DNA from: Mayamaea pseudoterrestris
Lineage: Eukaryota
DNA length: 64,000 nt
Direction of reading: 5' to 3'
Assembly: GCA_027923505.1 (NCBI GenBank)
Contig: BROI01000009.1
Location: 620,001-684,000 of the forward strand
The notes below the pieces were generated by a model. The model ran no database searches. It saw nothing but the letters and a program-made list of their open reading frames with translations, and was not told where the DNA came from. The position numbers and the translations under genes were made by a program. Positions 57,845 through 64,000 of this stretch are shown in pieces (position 1 is the first letter of the stretch; every line of letters starts with the position of its first letter).

Positions 57845-59407
57845 AGATTTATTTAGGTACAATTTAACCTTACAATCCTGCCCAGTAAGGAGTCAACTAC
57901 GAAAAAGTTAGTCTTTCTGCTGAAATTGGTCACTACTTGGCATTGATGTGCGTGAAATTGGACCATAGCAGCTATTACGCGAACGGGTGTCGCTTCATTG
58001 GTGCATCAATTAGCTGAGATCGAGCTACACTCGTGCGCAATAGCTAAAACACTATTGGTCCAACTCTCATCTCGCTCCGGTTTTCAGTTTTGTCGCGGAT
58101 GATTCAAATTCACAACCACACAAGATCCGTCCGATCCTTTGCTTCACATTCTACGACGCCTACCAACTCGACATGATATTCGCACCAACACCATCGCAAC
58201 AGACGCTAGACTCGAGGAATCAACTCGCAGGCAGCTCAAGACACTGTGAATTGCTGACTGACTGATTGATTGTCTGGCTGGAGCTCCAGCGAGCCATCGC
58301 CGTTGGCAGCATGTTTAAAACTTGCACGATGCACGACAATCCGCACTGACTCAATTTTAAAACGCTCGTACGTATCGATTGAAGCTAGAGCAATGTACAT
58401 TATAGCATGAATTTGATTTGAAGCACGAGAAGGGCGCACATTCATGTGCAATTTGAAGCAGGTTTTCTGTCTTTTCGCCTCACCGTTCTCGGATGCTATC
58501 CAAACATGCGAAACTAAGGTTCACCCCAATTAGGTCTTCTGGTTGTATTTGTACCAGAGTGCTTGACAGGGTCGCGACAATTGTATTTCATTTCTCACAG
58601 GCAAGTGTTGTTTGCTTTTGCTTGCTTGCTGTGTTTGCAGGGAGAAGGAAGGTGCGGAAGGTGGCTTTATTACACTACTATCTCGGCGCACATGACAAGT
58701 TGCAGTCGAGGTATATCCCGATTACGGCGTGGCAGTGGATGCTGGGTTCTGTGACAAGATCTGTGAGCGTTTGGCTGTACGATTACTTCGAAACTTAGTC
58801 ATTGGCAATTGTTCTATATCATACAGCAGCATTTGGGCCACCAGCAACAATTGGTTCGTGACCGGGAAGCAAGACCAAACGATCTCATATTAAACGAGCT
58901 CTAATATTCATCGTATGCAAATGCGTGAATGTAGAAATGCTATGCCGCTAAGCCCAATGTATTGTGGCCAGCAACTTGAGCTGTACAATTCTGGATGAAT
59001 TGTAGCGTAAATAGCAATGCGATCGCTCCCTAGCTAGTCTTTATGGTGTGCTCTGCTTCCTTTGTCATTTGCACTGTGCGTACTTGATGGAGAAGTCGAG
59101 CTTGGTCGTATATAGCTCACTCTGAGTTTTTGCTTGACGGGAGGAGCGCAAACGCTCCTCCAAGATGCGAAAAGATTGCCTCCAATTGTCCCCTCTCCCT
59201 CTATATTTCACTTGTAGCCATCTTGCAACGCTTTGTGGCTTGTATGCGCTGAGCAATTTCCAGCTATACAAGTAGGTCATGCTAACGCGTCGTTGCCATC
59301 CCGGACATTTCTGAGAACCGCTCCGACATTTCTCGCATCATCTTTCGTCCTTCTCGTCATTATACTTTCCGATTCCTCGCCATGATGTCGGACAAACAAA
59401 AACATAA

Positions 59408-60808
59408 ATGAAGTCGTTATCACTACATCATGACAATATATCTCTTCCTCGCCTTATCTTAAATCGAGAGGAGGGAGTTGTAACGCCGACTGGCTTTGAG
59501 AATCACTTTTTGCGTGATCAAACGTTGCACTACTCTCTCCTGACAAATCGACCTGACATATCCACGCAAATTGTAAAAACACCGCTCACTTCACTCGAGC
59601 TCTCCAGCAATCAACGTTTTCTACTTGCAGCTAACGAATCTGGAGGAATATTTCTCTATGACTTGTCCAAATGGGGACTGGATACGAAGCATAACTTAAA
59701 GCAACCCCAGGAGGACGATTATGCAAGTTATGAAGCATATTCATTTCCACTCGACTCAACAACATCTTATTCACCGATTGGACATGCGCAACAAAGCTTG
59801 GCTGTCATTAAGAGAGCCCAATGGCATGGCAACGATGCACTGGTGTTTGTGACGGCATCGAGCGATGGTCGAGCCGTCGTTTGGGATGCCACAGCACTTG
59901 AACCAGTGCTGACAATGCATCCGTTTCCCCATCGCGGTGGAAACGCATTTCAATCGACGTCTCAGGACCGACGTATCGCGAGAAACAGTGAGCTCGAGGA
60001 GCAGTTTTGGCCAATATCGTCCATGGACAAGAATGTGCATGCGCCAGATCAGTTTGTCGTTGGCAGTAGTTTTGATGCGAATGCCAAGCTAATGGATTTG
60101 AGATCGGCGACCTGCTCGCATTCGCTACCCGGACACTTGCGTGGATGCCGCACGGCACGATGGAGTCCTCACTCGCCATTCAATGTTGCCACTGGAGACG
60201 GCGAAGGTAATATACGCATCTGGGACGTACGAAAAGCTATCTCGTGCGTTTGCGTTTTGCAACGAGACGAAACCAAGGGTGCGACCCGCAAAAGTCGCAG
60301 CATACGTTCGAATTACGCTCATCTGCAACGCCGATCCAAGAAGCGGCCTCGCTCGACTTTGACGCAAGCGACTTTGAGTCATGCATCGCACGCGGGTGCC
60401 ATTGAACAACTTGCTTTTGACGACCATGGCCAATATCTTGTTTCATTATCAAACAAAACGCTCACTGTCTGGGATCTGCTTGATCGAAACCCATATGTGC
60501 CGCGCCAATTCGCAACTATTACGTCTGCCACCGATAATGTTACGCGACCTGTAGTCGTGACACCAAACGGACGCTCGGACTATATTGTTTGGGTGGGCGA
60601 CAAACGCGTCGTTAAGGGATTTTCGCTGCGCAACGGAGGTAATCCAATCCATTTTCTCAAGGGACATTTCGGCACATTAATGGACATTTGTCCGTGGAAT
60701 CGCACGGAGCTACTAACAACAGCGAGGGATCACGTCATTTTGCAATGGGGACACGGAAAAGCTTCGACGAAGCCAGAGGAATCGATGCTGGACGTCGACA
60801 ATTGGTAG
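59408..60808 (+). CDS. ERCC8: WD40 protein, ERCC8/CSA-like
   Basis: WD40 repeats with CSA-like KLMDLRSATCSHSLPGH, WSP..ATG..IRIWDVRKA..C..L, SHAGAI..LAF. Confidence 0.75.
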   Translation: MKSLSLHHDNISLPRLILNREEGVVTPTGFENHFLRDQTLHYSLLTNRPDISTQIVKTPLTSLELSSNQRFLLAANESGGIFLYDLSKWGLDTKHNLKQPQEDDYASYEAYSFPLDSTTSYSPIGHAQQSLAVIKRAQWHGNDALVFVTASSDGRAVVWDATALEPVLTMHPFPHRGGNAFQSTSQDRRIARNSELEEQFWPISSMDKNVHAPDQFVVGSSFDANAKLMDLRSATCSHSLPGHLRGCRTARWSPHSPFNVATGDGEGNIRIWDVRKAISCVCVLQRDETKGATRKSRSIRSNYAHLQRRSKKRPRSTLTQATLSHASHAGAIEQLAFDDHGQYLVSLSNKTLTVWDLLDRNPYVPRQFATITSATDNVTRPVVVTPNGRSDYIVWVGDKRVVKGFSLRNGGNPIHFLKGHFGTLMDICPWNRTELLTTARDHVILQWGHGKASTKPEESMLDVDNW

Positions 60809-60985
60809 CTATTGGTAGACGTACAATATAATGTTTGCAAAAATAGATAGAAAATGTACTTAGTAAACTGGTAATCTATAATGATATGTATAAACACGGC
60901 ACGCGGCTGCGTTTTTGTTTCGTGCGACGCTACCGTTAGCATTTGGGTACAAGCCGGAACCAACGGTTCCATTACAATGTCTTGC

Positions 60986-62059
60986 TCACGAATCCTTCCT
61001 TACATCATACTCTTCCGTGCCAACGTGATCTTCCTTCGTTTCGTCGATGGCTCGTTCCTCCTTTGCTACTTCCTCGTCTTGTTTTAATTTCTTTCGTTCA
61101 GCCGCCTTTCGGCTGCTAAAAGGTTTATGTAAAGCATCATAAAGTCTCCTGACCTTGACTTCCCCAATGCCAGGAACTAGACCGAGCTCATCCATGGATG
61201 CCGCTACCAGGGAACGAAAATTACCAAACTGCGCAAGCAACTGATGCGAGTCCGTCTTGTTAATGCCCTTGCATTCGGCCAGTACGTTTGCAACTTGGTC
61301 AACAAAATTAGTCTCCTCTCGTTTCTTGATAATCGATGCATCATGTCCGTCAAAAGCTTTGAACGTTTCCAAGTAGCGCGCAGCTTCCTCTTCGCTCCAG
61401 CTGAGGATGAGTGTCATGTTGTGCTCCACAGCCAAGCAATTCAGCTGCAGTAGCGTCTCTGAGCAGTCTTCTTGGTCGACTAGCAATAACAAAACCTTGA
61501 GTGCATATGCCCTATCTAGCTGGTGCATTCGACCGATTATATAGTCGGGGTGAAGCTCATGGTATTTGCATGAAAGAAAGAGTGCGCACCGACTCGTTGA
61601 CATTGTAAAGTCTGGCGACATTTTTGAAAAGCAAATGGGAACGTTGCGAATGTGATTCAGAACACCGTTTCCTTTCTGACGCGTCGAAACGTATAGTGCG
61701 TGCGAGTGCTGGTTAACAAAGGTTTCATTCGTAGCAGTGGTATCGTTCGTTGCACTTGGTAGAGGTTGGCTCGGATCGATCGCATCTATCGCACGAGCAG
61801 GCGTTGCAGTTGCAGAACCGCTGCTTGCTTCTCGATTGTCACTGCCAGCAGCAGCATTATTATCGGCTACATAATCGAATGTCTGAGAGAATGTAGCGAA
61901 TCTCCGAGAAGATAGAGTCGATTCTCGTGGATGAAGGGATGGACCTGCTGCCAATGAGTTATGTGCCGGAGCTGTCGAATCGATGTGTTGTCCATTTCGG
62001 TCACCAGAGTCACTAGACGGGTCTTTTCTCTTCTTCGCGTAGGGATTGGCGAGAGGCAT
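60986..62059 (-). CDS. ERCC1: DNA excision repair protein ERCC1/Rad10
   Basis: VSTRQKGNGVL, PDF..CALFLSCKYH.LHPDYI, LSWSEEEAARYLETFK, and HhH2 GINKTDS..L..FG..GIGEVKVRRL. Confidence 0.95.
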   Translation of the reverse strand: MPLANPYAKKRKDPSSDSGDRNGQHIDSTAPAHNSLAAGPSLHPRESTLSSRRFATFSQTFDYVADNNAAAGSDNREASSGSATATPARAIDAIDPSQPLPSATNDTTATNETFVNQHSHALYVSTRQKGNGVLNHIRNVPICFSKMSPDFTMSTSRCALFLSCKYHELHPDYIIGRMHQLDRAYALKVLLLLVDQEDCSETLLQLNCLAVEHNMTLILSWSEEEAARYLETFKAFDGHDASIIKKREETNFVDQVANVLAECKGINKTDSHQLLAQFGNFRSLVAASMDELGLVPGIGEVKVRRLYDALHKPFSSRKAAERKKLKQDEEVAKEERAIDETKEDHVGTEEYDVRKDS

Positions 62060-62436
62060 GGAATTTACCAAACTGCTAGAGACGTGCAATGTGGATGATG
62101 AATGACATGTCATCGTGACTGCTCATTCATCTCGCAAGATTTTGGCGCGCCCAAATTCGTCGAGCTCGTCGATTGACGGTGAGACGCGACGCTTGGTTGA
62201 TGGGTATCCATTGCAAGTGACTGCACATGCAAAAGGTATCTTCCATGTCGCATCGAAAAACTTGGCTAGATGGAAAAATGACTCTTGCGAGCCAGCCGGC
62301 TGGCCGTTTTTGGTCGCGGTGAATTCGTCGCTGCGTGACTCTGCCACAATTTGCCGGTTTCTCATTTCCGTCGTCGAGTCGAGCAAACGACACAAAAGCA
62401 ATCCAAACAACTTACAAACAAAATCAGTAAACAAAG

Positions 62437-64000
62437 ATGATGTACGGAGACTTTGTCTTTCACCAAGGTGCTAGTCGCAGCGGCGGATTGATGATGGACG
62501 CATCGAATCATGGAAATTCTTCGTCGTCCTTAAAATACAGTCATAACGACGCCACGACGAATCCCTTTAGCAGTTATCGGCGCTCCTATTCTACAAACAG
62601 CGACTCAATGCTTTACTATAAGGACAAGCCAGTGCATAAGGAGAGTCGACTGCTCAATTATTTGCAAAAACTGTTGAATGAACCATGGAACGTTGTCGCT
62701 TTGCTTTTGTTCCTTGGCGTCATTGCAGGCTGCCATCAGCGCGCCACGAAAGCATGGCTGCTCAAGGAGTTTCATTCGCAATCATATCACGAAGCCGTCA
62801 GTATTTGGCAGGAGGTGCAGCAGGATCATTTGGAGCTGGCCAACGAATTCGATCAGCTTTATACAGCACAAACTAAGTGGGAGCACCGCGACCTTGCATG
62901 GCGCACGCATGTGCAAAGACTGCACAACTTTACACAGCGCGAGAGTCGACGAGCTGTTCTTGACAAGTGAGTATTATAACAAAGTGGAGGTTCATCAATG
63001 CCCTTGACGTAGTTGACCAATTAGTGCTGCCACTAACAGGAACTCAACTCATGCAACTCCGTCTCATTCATCAATGTTGCAGATTCGGACCTGGGCCGCA
63101 CCATGTTTCCATCAAAGTCGTTTTACCTAGCGACAATCCATCGACCATTACTATCAATCCCGAAACGCAACTACTTGAACTGCCAAAGCACGATCCGTCC
63201 AAGGTGCGAAGCTTTCAAGTCGAGCTTGCTCCACTTTCCGAAATGCCGCACGCCGTTCACTTGTTCTTGGAGCAAGTCTCGCACAAACTTTGGGACAAGG
63301 CTAGCAGCTTTTACGTTAACCACGACCATGTCATGCAGGCGGGTCCTCGTACTCGTGAGGCGAGGCAGCACTTTACCGACTACAACCTTGAAAAGTTGGC
63401 GTTTCCGGAATACTCTCACGCGTTTCCGCACAAGCAATGGACGCTTGGATTTGCCGGTCGACCGGGTGGTCCAAGTTTCTATATAAATAAAATAAACAAC
63501 GAGGAGGACCATGGCCCATTTGGACAGGAGCACCACGCACTTGACGAGTTTGCTGACTCTTGCTTTGCAAAGATTGTTTCAGGCTTTGATACATTGTCGG
63601 AAATTATTCGCCAAACGGATGGCCAGCATCATACGCAGATTGTTGGTATGGAAGTTGTTTCCTGGAGCGACCACTGGACGGACAGTCAAGATGCGCATTG
63701 GCGAACCGCGCATCAACAATTTGACGATGTAAGCCTTGATAGCACGGATGACGCACTGTTTGCGGATGAGAATAGCGCAACGGGAACGCCGGCTGCTTCC
63801 AAAGCCTCGAATGAGATTCTCCAGCAACAATCACCGCAACACGTTGAACCAGTACACCATCACGCGCATGGCCAAGTGCAGCAAATGCTTGTACAACGAG
63901 ACGACGAACTGCAACCTCGTCATCACCGGCCGCCGTCGCACTACAACCACCACGCCGCGCGACATCTGGAAGGCTTCCATGAGACGCATGTGAAACACTA
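62437..64000 (+). CDS. Membrane-anchored cyclophilin-like domain protein with His-rich tail (exons 62437-62966, 63083->64000; 3' partial)
   Basis: TM and coiled coil, then intron 62967-63082 (GTGAGT...CAG). Exon 2 reads KFGPGPHHV, VELAPLSEMPHAVHLFLEQV, LAFPEYS..PH..WTLGFAGRPGGPSFYIN, DSCFAKIVSG and stays open to the window end. It is missing from the ORF track. Confidence 0.8.

Noticed and set aside
1..64000. Numerous antisense and nested short ORFs in the ORF track
   Set aside because: They overlap well-supported genes and lack motifs, as expected of shadow ORFs at about 50% GC.

Overview
Gene-dense eukaryotic nuclear DNA, most likely from a (pennate) diatom. This is inferred from short GT-AG introns, bipartite plastid presequences with ASA-F/AW-type cleavage motifs, SQD1 and diatom-typical families. 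About 26 protein-coding genes can be modelled, many only after splicing: an IGHMBP2-like helicase, plastid pyruvate kinase, a DUF924-TilS fusion, bZIP, ATG14/UVRAG-like, focadhesin/RST1-like, an F-box+DUSP protein, a secreted Gly/Pro/Tyr-rich protein, SGNH-like, a giant TMEM131-like protein, CHI-fold, an amino-acid transporter, ERGIC/PDI-C, DUF1499, PhoD, SQD1, TPR, RCC1-BTB, glyoxalase-like, sulfotransferase-like, ERCC8, ERCC1 and cyclophilin-like genes. No rRNA, tRNA, CRISPR array or transposase was recognised. The most notable observations are: (1) a head-to-head PhoD/SQD1 pair whose 367-bp spacer holds two YGAATCTH boxes, a possible phosphate-starvation module; (2) a dispersed, partly palindromic repeat family (core AAAATCAAAGTTATTGGCACT) at three upstream intergenic sites; (3) a perfect 212-bp duplication whose boundary falls at a start codon; (4) a frameshifted glyoxalase gene; (5) adjacent ERCC8/ERCC1 genes; (6) several unusual domain architectures. 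All family calls come from motif recognition by eye, with no database searches.
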